From assembly GCF_021733925.1 (NCBI RefSeq), contig NZ_JAIPJY010000022.1: DNA of 64,000 nucleotides; one strand, written 5' to 3'. The notes under the pieces were generated by a model, which made no database searches, was not told the DNA's origin, and saw only the letters and a list, made by a program, of their open reading frames with translations. A program made the position numbers and the translations under genes. Origin of the DNA: Prosthecobacter sp. GTDB lineage: Bacteria; Verrucomicrobiota; Verrucomicrobiia; Verrucomicrobiales; Verrucomicrobiaceae. Positions 1-9,515 of the stretch are shown here, piece after piece (position 1 is the first letter of the stretch; every line of letters begins with the position of its first letter).

Positions 1-2
1 AT

Positions 3-1343
3 ATCGACAAGCTCGCAGCCACAGGGCGGCGGTTTGACGAGGCCATTCTCGTGGCAAGCAGCTGCAGCCCAAGCCGCTCCAGCATCATCACCGGACGCTA
101 TCCGCACAACAACGGCCGTGCATCGGAACTGCACCAGCCCATCGCCGCCCATCTGCCATGGTTCCCGCGTCTGCTGCGTGAGGCCGGCTGGTACACCGCC
201 CTCGTGGGCAAGCACCACATGACCTCCGACAAACTGGCAGAAGGCGAACAACCGCAGCCTGCGCCCTTTGATCTCGTGGACAGCGGCAACGCCCCCGGCA
301 ACAAAGGCGGTCACGCCACCTGGGTGAAGACCGTGCAGGAGCGCCCCAAAGACAAACCCTTCTTCTTCTGGTTCGCCTCACTGGATGCCCATCGCGGCTG
401 GGATGCAGACAAAGACTGGGAGGAAAACCTCTACGGCCCCAAACACGATCCCGCCAAGGTCATCGTGCCTCCGTATTTAAACGACGATGCCGCAACTCGC
501 GACGATCTCGCCTCCTACCACAATGAAATCACGCGCTTCGATTACTTCATCGGCCGCGTGGTCGCCGAACTGGAGCAGCAAGGCACGCTGGATGACACCC
601 TCATCATGGTCATGGCCGACAACGGCCGCCCCTTCCCCCGCGCCAAGACCCGGCTGCATGACTCCGGCATGAAGACCCCATTTGTCGTGCACTGGCCCAA
701 AGGCATCGCCAAACCGGGCACCGCTTCCCAGAGCCTCATCAGCGCCATCGACATCGCACCCACCGTTCTCTCCCTAGCTGGTGTCGCCGTCCCTCCCACA
801 ATGCAGGGCCTCAGCTTTGCCCCCATCCTCGCCGATCCCATCGCCACCACGCGGAAGTACGCCTTCTCCGAACACAACTGGCACGACTACGAAGCCCATG
901 GCCGCTCCGTGCGCTCGGAGGGCTTTCTCTACATCGTCAACGCCCGCCCGCAGCTCGCGTGGCAGGGGCCCGCAGACTCCGTGCACTCCCCCTCCTTCCA
1001 GAGCCTGCGCGCCGTGCGCGATTCCGGAAAACTCACCCCCGCCCAGGCCGACGTCTTCCTCGCTCCTCGCCCCGTGGCGGAACTCTACCGCACCGACGCC
1101 GATGCGCTCCAGCTCCACAATCTCATCGACGATCCCAACTACGCCTCCGTCAAAGCACGCCTCGCCAAGCTCATGAGCGAATGGACCGAGACCACCGGCG
1201 ACTCCGCCCCCGCCGAACTCTCCAAAGATTCCTTCGATCGGGAAACCGGCGACAAGCTCAAACTCAAGGAGCAGGACTACCGCCGCACCCCCGCCGGCTG
1301 GGACAAGGACGCCAGTCACATCAACGCCCCGGGGCCGCGTTGA
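3..1343 (+). CDS. Sulfatase, N-sulfoglucosamine sulfohydrolase-like (5' end outside the window)
   Basis: Open frame from the window edge: IDKLAATGRRF..SSCSPSRSSIITGRYPH (CxPxR formylglycine motif), GKHH, MADNG, HDSG. Confidence 0.9.
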   Translation: MDKLAATGRRFDEAILVASSCSPSRSSIITGRYPHNNGRASELHQPIAAHLPWFPRLLREAGWYTALVGKHHMTSDKLAEGEQPQPAPFDLVDSGNAPGNKGGHATWVKTVQERPKDKPFFFWFASLDAHRGWDADKDWEENLYGPKHDPAKVIVPPYLNDDAATRDDLASYHNEITRFDYFIGRVVAELEQQGTLDDTLIMVMADNGRPFPRAKTRLHDSGMKTPFVVHWPKGIAKPGTASQSLISAIDIAPTVLSLAGVAVPPTMQGLSFAPILADPIATTRKYAFSEHNWHDYEAHGRSVRSEGFLYIVNARPQLAWQGPADSVHSPSFQSLRAVRDSGKLTPAQADVFLAPRPVAELYRTDADALQLHNLIDDPNYASVKARLAKLMSEWTETTGDSAPAELSKDSFDRETGDKLKLKEQDYRRTPAGWDKDASHINAPGPR

Positions 1344-1345
1344 AA

Positions 1346-2947
1346 TCAGTTCGTGGCTTTAACAGGCTCCTTTTTCTGAGTGGTCACCGGCTTCACAGGG
1401 GTTTCTTCGACAGCCGGTTTCGGTTCGCTTTTCCAAAGCCTCCAAACAGGAATGAGTCCGCTTTGCACGACCTCTGTAGCTGGCTTGGCACGTTCTTGGA
1501 TCGCCACAAAATCCATACTTTCCTTCGTGAGACTTTGCATTTGCATGCTTTCTTGGCCGGACTTTTGCACTTTTTCGCCAACAGCTTTCTCCCGCAAAAC
1601 TTGTCGGTGGGCAATGAATTCATCCACCAGTGCATCTAGGAAAACCCGGGCGTATTTCCCGCTCTCAGAGAGCGCCTGCACGCGAAAACTGGTCGAGTCC
1701 TTGATCTGCGCCGCGTGGATTTCGACATCCTTTTCTTCCTGATCTGGATACAAGGCTCTGACTCGTTCCAAAGCCCGGCGTTTCATTTCGGCCGACTCAA
1801 GAGTTTCAATGATCGCAGCGTAAACATCCATGCGCCGAATCTGCCCGTTTACCCCTGCATCTTTGGGGCCAGCAGCCACCAGCTTGGCCTCACTCTGATA
1901 CAACGGTGGCTTCGGCTTGAACTCAACCTTCGTCGCCGCGAGCACTGCCAAGACCACCGCCACGACGGCGATCAAGCTCATCGCGCCGATGCCGATGCGC
2001 CCGCGCCATTGATTCGTCTTCATCAGCTCCCGCACCCGCTGTTGGATGGACTCCCCACCGAACATGGTGACGCCTGCCGTAGGACGCAGCCGCCCAGGAA
2101 TGCCGGCGGCAATCTCAACCAGTGTACGGGCATACTCACGCGTGTCGCCACTTGCCAAGACCGCCACATCATCTGCCGCCTGCTCGGTTTCGAAGCGCAG
2201 GCAACGCTGTGCCAGCCATGCCAGCGGCTGCCACCACCACAGGCACACAGCACATTGCGCCAGCCATTTCCAGCACACGTCCAAACGATGATAATGCGCA
2301 AGCTCGTGATGCAGCACAGCATCCAGACGTTTCTCATCCCAGTCAGCAGCTTCCACTGGCAGCCAGATCACCGGCCTGCGCCAGCCTGTCAGCATGGGTG
2401 AATGCAGTTGCTGCGCCAAACGGCAGCGCATGGTGGATGGTGCCCCAACCCCTTCGGCCTGCTGATCGATCCGCCTCGGTGTTGGTTCACTGTGCTTCCT
2501 CAACCAAACCAGTCCCGCGAACGCCCTTGCCAATTTCCACAGCAGCAGAGCACCGGCTACACCCAGCCAAAGCCTCAGTCCCCAGCTCTCCAGCCACATC
2601 AAACCAAGCTGCGACCAGCTTTTCTCCGGCAGAATCAGCACAGGCCTTTCCGGCACAGCAATGGGGGCCACATTGATCTGAGGTGCCCGCATGGTCACAC
2701 GCCACTCCATCACGGCCACGGGAGGTGCCGCCTGCGGCATCAGCCGCCACACAGCCACCACCAGCAGCATCGCCATCGTGATTCTCCACACAAGGCTGCG
2801 GGCACGCGCGGAGCGCCGTTGCAGTTGCAAGGCCATGGCCCAGGCCACACACACCACCGCTGAACTGGTGAGTAGTGCCGATACCAGCAGGCCCAGATTT
2901 GGATTCCGCGTGAGAAAGCGCAGCAGGTCTTCCATGAAATCGTTCAT
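1346..2947 (-). CDS. M56 family (BlaR1/MecR1-like) membrane metallopeptidase with a non-penicillin-binding C-terminal domain
   Basis: N-terminal TM helices; SPMLTG..PVIWLP, HELAH zinc motif, WWWQPL..EQAADD; overlaps the BlaI-like gene stop by 4 nt. Confidence 0.9.
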   Translation of the reverse strand: MNDFMEDLLRFLTRNPNLGLLVSALLTSSAVVCVAWAMALQLQRRSARARSLVWRITMAMLLVVAVWRLMPQAAPPVAVMEWRVTMRAPQINVAPIAVPERPVLILPEKSWSQLGLMWLESWGLRLWLGVAGALLLWKLARAFAGLVWLRKHSEPTPRRIDQQAEGVGAPSTMRCRLAQQLHSPMLTGWRRPVIWLPVEAADWDEKRLDAVLHHELAHYHRLDVCWKWLAQCAVCLWWWQPLAWLAQRCLRFETEQAADDVAVLASGDTREYARTLVEIAAGIPGRLRPTAGVTMFGGESIQQRVRELMKTNQWRGRIGIGAMSLIAVVAVVLAVLAATKVEFKPKPPLYQSEAKLVAAGPKDAGVNGQIRRMDVYAAIIETLESAEMKRRALERVRALYPDQEEKDVEIHAAQIKDSTSFRVQALSESGKYARVFLDALVDEFIAHRQVLREKAVGEKVQKSGQESMQMQSLTKESMDFVAIQERAKPATEVVQSGLIPVWRLWKSEPKPAVEETPVKPVTTQKKEPVKATN

Positions 2948-3330
2948 GACTCGCGCGCCTCCTCGATGAGTTGAATCAGTTTTTCCGCCTCTTCCTTGGA
3001 GAGCTTCAAGTTCTTCTGCCCCAGCAACGCCATCGCCGCCTCCCCCGCGGAATTCTCAAAGAACCGGCTCACAAAACTCTGCAGCGCGCTCACCCGTGCT
3101 TTTTTAGGCGACACCGGCAGCGAGAACCAGTCGCGCCCGTCCGCCTGAGTTTTAAGGAGAAGCCCCCGCTCCACCAGCAGCCGCAGGATGGACCTCACAG
3201 CCGAGTACGTTGGCGCGTCCGGCAGCTTCTCTTCAATTTCACGAGCAGAAAGCCGCCCATGCTTCATCACGATCTCGATCACCTGCCGCTCGCGGCGGCT
3301 GAACTCATTGGAATATTTGTCGTCCCACAT
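2944..3330 (-). CDS. BlaI/MecI/CopY family transcriptional repressor
   Basis: FSRRERQVIEIV..YSAVRSILRLLVERGLL..FVSRFFENS winged-helix pattern; coupled to the M56 gene; start chosen at ATG 3330. Confidence 0.9.
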   Translation of the reverse strand: MWDDKYSNEFSRRERQVIEIVMKHGRLSAREIEEKLPDAPTYSAVRSILRLLVERGLLLKTQADGRDWFSLPVSPKKARVSALQSFVSRFFENSAGEAAMALLGQKNLKLSKEEAEKLIQLIEEARES

Positions 3331-3371
3331 GGGTGCTGATTTTTCAACACCTTCATGCATTCGTCAAGTCC

Positions 3372-3393
3372 GCATGTTGAAATTTCAACATGC
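3372..3393. promoter_or_regulatory. Perfect 22-bp palindrome, probable operator of the BlaI-like repressor; degenerate second copy at 3334-3349
   Basis: GCATGTTGAAATTTCAACATGC; TGCTGATTTTTCAACA matches the 16-bp core at 13/16 and lies just upstream of the ATG. Confidence 0.65.
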
Positions 3394-3461
3394 ACTTCAC
3401 TGAAATGTTCACCGCGACCGAAATTTCACCCTTCCTGCTCTGGCCCCTCACTGAACCACCC

Positions 3462-3860
3462 TCACAGCCCCAGCAGCTGCCGCATCCGTTCTTTCGGGAT
3501 GCCTCCCACAACACGTCCCGTCTCGCGCCCAGATTTGAACGCGATGAAAGTGGGAATGCCGCGCACTCCATGCTCGCGGGAAAGAGACGGGTCTTCATCG
3601 ACATTGATGCGAATCACCAACGCCTGGCCCTTCAGTTCCTTCGCGAGCTCTTCTACCATCGGGCCGACGACCTTGCACGGGCCGCACCAGTCGGCGTAAA
3701 ATTCCACCAGCACGGGCACCTTGGCCGTGCGCACGGCGCTGATGGATGTCGTGCTGCCCACACCACCGCCTGAGGCCGGACGCAGCATATCGAATGTGAT
3801 CCAGCCGATGTACAGCAGGACGGCTCCGGCAATCCAGAGGGGGAGGTTTCCTTTGTTCAT
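3462..3860 (-). CDS. Thioredoxin with N-terminal hydrophobic anchor
   Basis: [25 protein letters not shown]; N-terminal [16 protein letters not shown]; real start is internal to the 406-aa ORF. Confidence 0.9.
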   Translation of the reverse strand: MNKGNLPLWIAGAVLLYIGWITFDMLRPASGGGVGSTTSISAVRTAKVPVLVEFYADWCGPCKVVGPMVEELAKELKGQALVIRINVDEDPSLSREHGVRGIPTFIAFKSGRETGRVVGGIPKERMRQLLGL

Positions 3861-4022
3861 GCAGTACCATCTGGGGCAGATTTCATTCTGGCAAGTAGGG
3901 ATGACGTCCGAATCGCCCCAGTTTTCGACCTTGAAACCGCCCCCTGCGCCAGTAAGAAAGACATCCCGCGCTTGGCCGCATCTCGCGCTTTTCCGACCCT
4001 CATTGCCCCTGAAACCCTCGAC

Positions 4023-5999
4023 ATGAACAATACCCTCCTCGCTCAAGCTGCCAACGAAGCCCGTGGTCTCGCCATGGATGCCGTGCACAAGTGCTCCTCC
4101 GGCCATCTCGGCCTGCCCCTCGGTTCCGCCGAAATCGGCGCTGTCCTCTTCGGTGAAACCCTTCAGTGCGATCCCGCCGACCCCAAATGGCTGAACCGCG
4201 ACCGCTTCATCCTCAGCGCCGGCCATGGCTCGATGTTCCTCTACTCCTGGCTCCACCTGAGCGGCTACGCGATCACGATTGAAGATGTTTCCAATTTCCG
4301 CGTGCTGCATTCCATCACCCCGGGGCATCCGGAGTTCCACGAAACTCCCGGCGTCGAGTCCACCACAGGCCCGCTGGGCCAGGGCATCGGCAATGCGGTG
4401 GGCTATGCGCTCTCCGGCAAGATGGCGGCGGCAAAATACAACACCGCCGAGCACAAGATCATCGACAACCACATCCTCGTCCTCGCTGGCGACGGCTGTC
4501 TGCAGGAAGGCGTGGCCCGTGAAGCCGTGGCCTTCGCCGCGCACAACCACCTCGACAACCTGATCCTCATCTATGATTCCAACGATGTGACGCTGGATGC
4601 GATGGCCAAGGTCACGCAGGACGAAGACACCCAGGCGCTTTACACCGCACTCGGCTGGAACGCCGTGACAATCGACGGCCACGACCTCGATGCCGTGAAG
4701 AACGCCATCGAAACCGCCAAAAAGAGCGACAACGGCAAGCCCTCCCTAATCATCGCCAAGACGATCATCGGCAAAGGCATCCCCGAAGTCGCAGGCACGG
4801 CCAAAGGCCACGGCGAAGGCGGGGCCAAGTTCATCGATTTCGCGAAAAAAGGTCTCGGCCTGCCAGAGGGCACCCATTTCTACGTCAGCGACGAGGTGAA
4901 GGCCTACTTCGCCGACTTGAAGAACAAGCGCGCCGCGATCCATGGCGAATGGAACAAGGTCTTCCTCGCTTGGGGTGCTGCAAATCCAGAACTCGCCAAG
5001 CAGCTTGACGCCGCGCGTCATGGCACCCTCAAGGCCGAAGACCTCCTCAAGCTCGTCCCCGAATATCCGGCTGAAGGCAAAGCCGCCACCCGCAACAGCG
5101 GTGGCGAGATCTTCAATCACATCGCCAAAGCGGTGCCGCATATCATCACCGGCAGCGCCGACCTCTTCGGCTCCACCAAGAACTACCTCACCGGCATGGG
5201 CGATTTCAGCCCGACGAACCCAACCGGACGCAACATCTGGTTCGGCATCCGCGAGCACGCCATGGGCGCGATCTGCAACGGCATCGCCTACGACGGCCTG
5301 TTCCTCCCCAGCGGCGCGACCTTCCTCGTCTTCGCCGACTACTGCCGCCCGAGCATCCGCCTCGCCGCACTCGCCAAGCTGCCCGTCACCTACATCTTCA
5401 CGCACGATTCCGTCGGCGTCGGTGAAGACGGCCCAACCCACCAGCCGGTGGAAACCATCAGCGGTCTGCGCGTCATCCCCAATCTCGACGTCATCCGCCC
5501 CGGCGATGCCGAAGAAACCGCAGGTGCCTTTGCCGCCGCCTTCAGCCGCGCCGATGGCCCGACCCTCCTCGCACTCAGCCGCCAGGATCTGCCCCATCAG
5601 GGCATCGCCAGCACGGCCACCCGCCGTGAAGGCACGCTCAAAGGCGGCTACGTTCTCGTGAAGGAAACCGCAGCGCTGGAAGCCATCGTCATCGCCACCG
5701 GTTCCGAAGTGCAGTGGGCCGTCGAAGGCGCCAAGGGCAAGCCCGGCGTTCGCGTCGTCAGCCTGCCATGCTTTGAGCGCTTTGACCGTCAAGACGCCGC
5801 CTACCGCGAATCCGTTCTTCCGGCCGCCTGCACCAAGCGCGTCGCCATCGAAGCCGGCGTCTCCGGCCTCTGGTGGAAATACGTCGGCACCCAGGGCCAG
5901 ATCATCGGCATCGACCGCTTCGGCATCAGCGCCCCTGGCAACACCGTCTTCAAGGAACTCGGCATCACCGCTGAAGCTGTGGCGAAGGCACTTGCCTGA
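4023..5999 (+). CDS. tkt: Transketolase
   Basis: [55 protein letters not shown]. Confidence 0.97.
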   Translation: MNNTLLAQAANEARGLAMDAVHKCSSGHLGLPLGSAEIGAVLFGETLQCDPADPKWLNRDRFILSAGHGSMFLYSWLHLSGYAITIEDVSNFRVLHSITPGHPEFHETPGVESTTGPLGQGIGNAVGYALSGKMAAAKYNTAEHKIIDNHILVLAGDGCLQEGVAREAVAFAAHNHLDNLILIYDSNDVTLDAMAKVTQDEDTQALYTALGWNAVTIDGHDLDAVKNAIETAKKSDNGKPSLIIAKTIIGKGIPEVAGTAKGHGEGGAKFIDFAKKGLGLPEGTHFYVSDEVKAYFADLKNKRAAIHGEWNKVFLAWGAANPELAKQLDAARHGTLKAEDLLKLVPEYPAEGKAATRNSGGEIFNHIAKAVPHIITGSADLFGSTKNYLTGMGDFSPTNPTGRNIWFGIREHAMGAICNGIAYDGLFLPSGATFLVFADYCRPSIRLAALAKLPVTYIFTHDSVGVGEDGPTHQPVETISGLRVIPNLDVIRPGDAEETAGAFAAAFSRADGPTLLALSRQDLPHQGIASTATRREGTLKGGYVLVKETAALEAIVIATGSEVQWAVEGAKGKPGVRVVSLPCFERFDRQDAAYRESVLPAACTKRVAIEAGVSGLWWKYVGTQGQIIGIDRFGISAPGNTVFKELGITAEAVAKALA

Positions 6000-6031
6000 G
6001 CTGACCGCCGCGAACTGATCTAAAACTCACG

Positions 6032-6061
6032 AAGAGAGGCTGGCAACAGCCTCTCTTTTTT
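6032..6061 (+). terminator. Intrinsic terminator after tkt (possibly bidirectional)
   Basis: AAGAGAGGCTG-GCAA-CAGCCTCTCTT followed by a T run, between convergent genes. Confidence 0.85.
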
Positions 6062-6075
6062 GTGGCAGCGATGGA

Positions 6076-6825
6076 TCACTCAAGACTTTGCAGAGTCTTG
6101 CGCCCGCGCTCCTTGGTCCCCGGATCATCCTGGTCACGATTCGGCATCGCGAGTCCTTTTTCGATGAACTGCTTCGCTTCCGTTTTGCGTCCCATAACCG
6201 CGTAGGTGCGCCCAAGTTCGACGTAGTGGATGAGACGGTTCGGATTGAGCGCGATGGCTTTCTCAAAACACTTCACCGCTTCGTCATAGGACGCGCTGGG
6301 CAGAGATCCGTACACAATCATGGCCACGGCACGCGTCATGCCACCGATCTGCGCCAGCTCCTGATTCCAGCGCCCGAGCAGATGCCACGCAAAGTCGTCT
6401 TTGGGGTTGAGCTTGGCCGCCGTTTCCGCCTCCGTCTTGATCTTGTGTGAAGCCTCGATGCTTTCTTTGTTGCCAACCAGGGGTGAAAGTTTACCAAGGC
6501 AGATGGCAACAGCGAGATGCGGATCAGAATCCTTGGGAGCAAGCTTCACCGCTCGTTCAGAATAATCGAGTGCAGTGCGCCCTGACTTGAGTTGCTCGGC
6601 CTTAGAGGACAGGTCCTCCATGCGATACACATACTGCCGTGCGATCTTCACCAGCAGAGACGCATCATTGGGATTCAGCTTTTCCGCAGGCAGATAGGAC
6701 TGCAGAGCCATGTCTGGCTTGAACTTGGCATCATACACATCTCCCTGCCTCACGAGTTCTGCGAAGTCGCCCAATGCATGTCCCGCCATGAGCATGGCAG
6801 CCAGAATCGTCAGTGTCGTTCTCAT
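6076..6825 (-). CDS. Exported TPR protein, RMDN/PTPIP51-like
   Basis: Signal peptide MRTTLTILAAMLMAGHALG; ALDYSERAVKL..AICL..LNPKD..HLLGRW..PSASYDEA..F..A..LNPN resembles the RMDN TPR domain; ATGA overlap with the upstream methyltransferase. Confidence 0.7.
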   Translation of the reverse strand: MRTTLTILAAMLMAGHALGDFAELVRQGDVYDAKFKPDMALQSYLPAEKLNPNDASLLVKIARQYVYRMEDLSSKAEQLKSGRTALDYSERAVKLAPKDSDPHLAVAICLGKLSPLVGNKESIEASHKIKTEAETAAKLNPKDDFAWHLLGRWNQELAQIGGMTRAVAMIVYGSLPSASYDEAVKCFEKAIALNPNRLIHYVELGRTYAVMGRKTEAKQFIEKGLAMPNRDQDDPGTKERGRKTLQSLE

Positions 6826-7859
6826 GATTTGATGAAACGGTAGTGAGAAACAATCCATTCCTCACCGCCGCGATACCCCCACAGTTCAGCGCAGGCGAGA
6901 AAAAACAAGCGCCACCAGACCCACCACTTGGTCACCTGGTCTTTGCCGTACGTCTCAGCAAACAGCGGCAGAATCTCCGCCTTGTGTGCATCCATGTTCG
7001 CCAGCCAGGCCTCGCTCGTCTTCGAGTAATGCTGACCGCTGACACACCAGTGATCTTCGATCTTCAAGTCGTCTTGGAAGTAGAGCAGCAGATCATCGCT
7101 CGGCATCTGGCCACCGGTGAAGAAGTATTTCGCCATCCAGTCGTCCTCGCTACGCACCTCGTAATGATACGCGTATTCGCGATGGGTGAAGATATGCACG
7201 AAGAGCTTGCCACGCGGCTTCAACCAGGTGGAAACACGCCGCAAAAGTTCCTGGTAGTTCTTCATGTGTTCAAACATCTCCACCGAGACACAGCGGTCGA
7301 AGACGCCTGCTCCGACCCCTTCAAAGTGGATCATGTTCGCCGTGATGATCGTCAGATTTTTCAACCCGCGCTTCGCCGCCTCACCATCGATAAACAGCTT
7401 CTGCGTACGCGAATTGGAAACGCTGGTGATCTGCGCATTCGGATAATGCTCCGCCATCCAGAGTGACAGCGAGCCCCAGCCGCAGCCGAGTTCAAGAATG
7501 AGCTGCCCATCCTGCAACTCAGCGCGCTCACAGGTCAGTTGCAGCATGGCGGCTTCGGATTCATCAAACGTCGTGCTCTCATCCGGCCAGTAACCCGAGC
7601 TGTACTTCAAATGCTTGCCGAGTACGAGCTGATAGAAACGTGTGGGCACCTCATAGTGCTGCTCGTTGGCCTCATCCGTCGCGATGGCCACGGGCATCTG
7701 CTTGAGGTCCTGCACGTAGCGCATCAGAGCTGCACGCTGGGCTTCAACAGTGGGCTCTTTATTTTCCCGCAGCGTCTCGGCCAGCCGCTGGCGGATGCCG
7801 AGACGGATCATGGAGTCAGGCAGGATGTTCTTGGCGAGAATGGAGTTGATGGTGCTCAT
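6822..7859 (-). CDS. SAM-dependent methyltransferase, Cfa/coclaurine-N-methyltransferase-like (COG2230)
   Basis: NEQHYEVP, HLKYSSGYW, LELGCGWGSL, SVEMFEHMKN. Confidence 0.88.
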   Translation of the reverse strand: MSTINSILAKNILPDSMIRLGIRQRLAETLRENKEPTVEAQRAALMRYVQDLKQMPVAIATDEANEQHYEVPTRFYQLVLGKHLKYSSGYWPDESTTFDESEAAMLQLTCERAELQDGQLILELGCGWGSLSLWMAEHYPNAQITSVSNSRTQKLFIDGEAAKRGLKNLTIITANMIHFEGVGAGVFDRCVSVEMFEHMKNYQELLRRVSTWLKPRGKLFVHIFTHREYAYHYEVRSEDDWMAKYFFTGGQMPSDDLLLYFQDDLKIEDHWCVSGQHYSKTSEAWLANMDAHKAEILPLFAETYGKDQVTKWWVWWRLFFLACAELWGYRGGEEWIVSHYRFIKS

Positions 7860-7899
7860 GCAGTTTGGTGAGTTGTGCGACCTTCGATGGAGACTGGAT

Positions 7900-8691
7900 T
7901 CAACTTTTCGGCGGCCACGGCACAAAGGCACTCGTGGTGCGCTGATACTCGCGGTAGGCGTCGCCTTTGCTCTTCACGGCGCATTCTTCCGTGAGCGGAA
8001 TGCCGGTGACGCGCAGTAGAAAATACAAGATCAGTGCCGGCGCATACACGGTGGCCCAGCCCCACGGAGAACCGCAGGCAACCAGCCAGAAACCCCACCA
8101 CACGACGGACTCGAAGAAGTAATTCGGATGTCGCGAATAGCGCCAGAGACCGACCCGACAAACCTTGCCCTTGCTCGCAGGGTCTGACTTGAACCGCTGC
8201 ATCTGTGCATCGCTCAAGCCCTCGCCACAGATTCCGACCAGCCATATGACCGCACCCACGATCTCGATGAGACTCAACTGAGGTGCAGGATTCAAACACG
8301 CGAGCAGCACGGGCACCGCCAGCAGCACAATAAGCAAAGCCTGCGCCTGAAAGAAAAAGAAGAAGTTCTTCGCCAGTCCATCTTTCCATTTCTCACGCAG
8401 CACAGCGTACCTCACATCCTCATGGGGATGGTGACTTTTGACGCGGAAAAAGAGATACGTCCCAAGTCTCACACTCCATATGACTGCCATCGTGACCGCG
8501 ATGATTTTGCGCTGCGTGAATCCACCACCCAGCAGCGCGTAGATCGGCGCAATGACTGCGAGCGCATAAGACCACGTCACATCGACAAAGCTGAAGTTGT
8601 TCAGCTTCAAGCTGAGCAGCCAGGTGAGTGCAAACAGCACAAACGCCACCGCTGTGCCAATGCCGATTAGGAACCAGAAATCATGTGTCAT
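7900..8691 (-). CDS. DUF1295 family membrane protein (steroid 5-alpha-reductase-like)
   Basis: SFVDVTW, WSVRLG, EDVRY, GLWRYSRHPNYFFE. Confidence 0.88.
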   Translation of the reverse strand: MTHDFWFLIGIGTAVAFVLFALTWLLSLKLNNFSFVDVTWSYALAVIAPIYALLGGGFTQRKIIAVTMAVIWSVRLGTYLFFRVKSHHPHEDVRYAVLREKWKDGLAKNFFFFFQAQALLIVLLAVPVLLACLNPAPQLSLIEIVGAVIWLVGICGEGLSDAQMQRFKSDPASKGKVCRVGLWRYSRHPNYFFESVVWWGFWLVACGSPWGWATVYAPALILYFLLRVTGIPLTEECAVKSKGDAYREYQRTTSAFVPWPPKS

Positions 8692-9181
8692 GTCGTGCGA
8701 ATTTGAGGTGTTTGGCGAGCTTCTCGATGAGTGGCTTGCTAATAAAATAAACCACGCCGAGGAGCAGCGGCGCGAGAAGCAGCCACACGACCACACCGTA
8801 GAGACCGATCATGCCGTAATCGGCCATGAACTGTCCTGGGCTGGCAAAGAACCGCTCCATCATCATGGGAATGGAAAGCGGCACATGCTCAGCACCAAAC
8901 AGCGACTCCCCGGCGCGCATGAAGAGCAGAAGGCTGGCAAGGTGCAGCGGATAAGTCAGCTCACGAAACACCTGCAGCACCGGCTGATTGAGCTTCAGCA
9001 TGAAGCCCACAGCCAATGCAAGCACCGTCGTGGTTCCCAGCAGCGGAAAGACCCCTGTCGTGACCCCGAATGCAATGGCCTGCGCGATTTTGGCGGGAGT
9101 CGTGCCCTGCGCCAGCTGCGCAACGACCGGCTTCACCACCCAGCGCCGCCAAAGTGATTCACGCTGGACGGGTTCAGTCAT
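8681..9181 (-). CDS. DUF2062 family membrane protein
   Basis: QGTTPAKIAQAIAFGVTTGVFPLLG..LKLNQPVLQ pattern. Confidence 0.7.
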   Translation of the reverse strand: MTEPVQRESLWRRWVVKPVVAQLAQGTTPAKIAQAIAFGVTTGVFPLLGTTTVLALAVGFMLKLNQPVLQVFRELTYPLHLASLLLFMRAGESLFGAEHVPLSIPMMMERFFASPGQFMADYGMIGLYGVVVWLLLAPLLLGVVYFISKPLIEKLAKHLKFARHDT

Positions 9182-9510
9182 GCCTTGCGCAGGAGAAGGT
9201 CTTCCATGCGCGAATTCGTCGGCAAGCGGGAGAGCAGGATGAGCATGTACACCGCCATCGCGATGTTGCCGAGCAGCAGAATGCCAAGCAGCCAGCCTAT
9301 GCGGCCAAGCCACGAACGTTCCTTATAGGCGACCCAGCAGTAGAAGGTGAGAAAGCCCCAGTAGGTGTCAAACAACGTGGCAATAAACCATGGATGACCA
9401 CCCACAGAACCCGGAATGGCCCACAGCGCACACTGCTGCGAAGCCCAGCTCGTGACGCCGAGCATGGACACCAGCACAATGATGAAGAAGAGACGAAGAA
9501 ACCAGATCAT
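9178..9510 (-). CDS. DUF1475 family small membrane protein
   Basis: HPWFIATLFDTYWGFLTFYCWVAYKE..LGNIAMAVY. Confidence 0.75.
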   Translation of the reverse strand: MIWFLRLFFIIVLVSMLGVTSWASQQCALWAIPGSVGGHPWFIATLFDTYWGFLTFYCWVAYKERSWLGRIGWLLGILLLGNIAMAVYMLILLSRLPTNSRMEDLLLRKA

Positions 9511-9515
9511 GAGGG

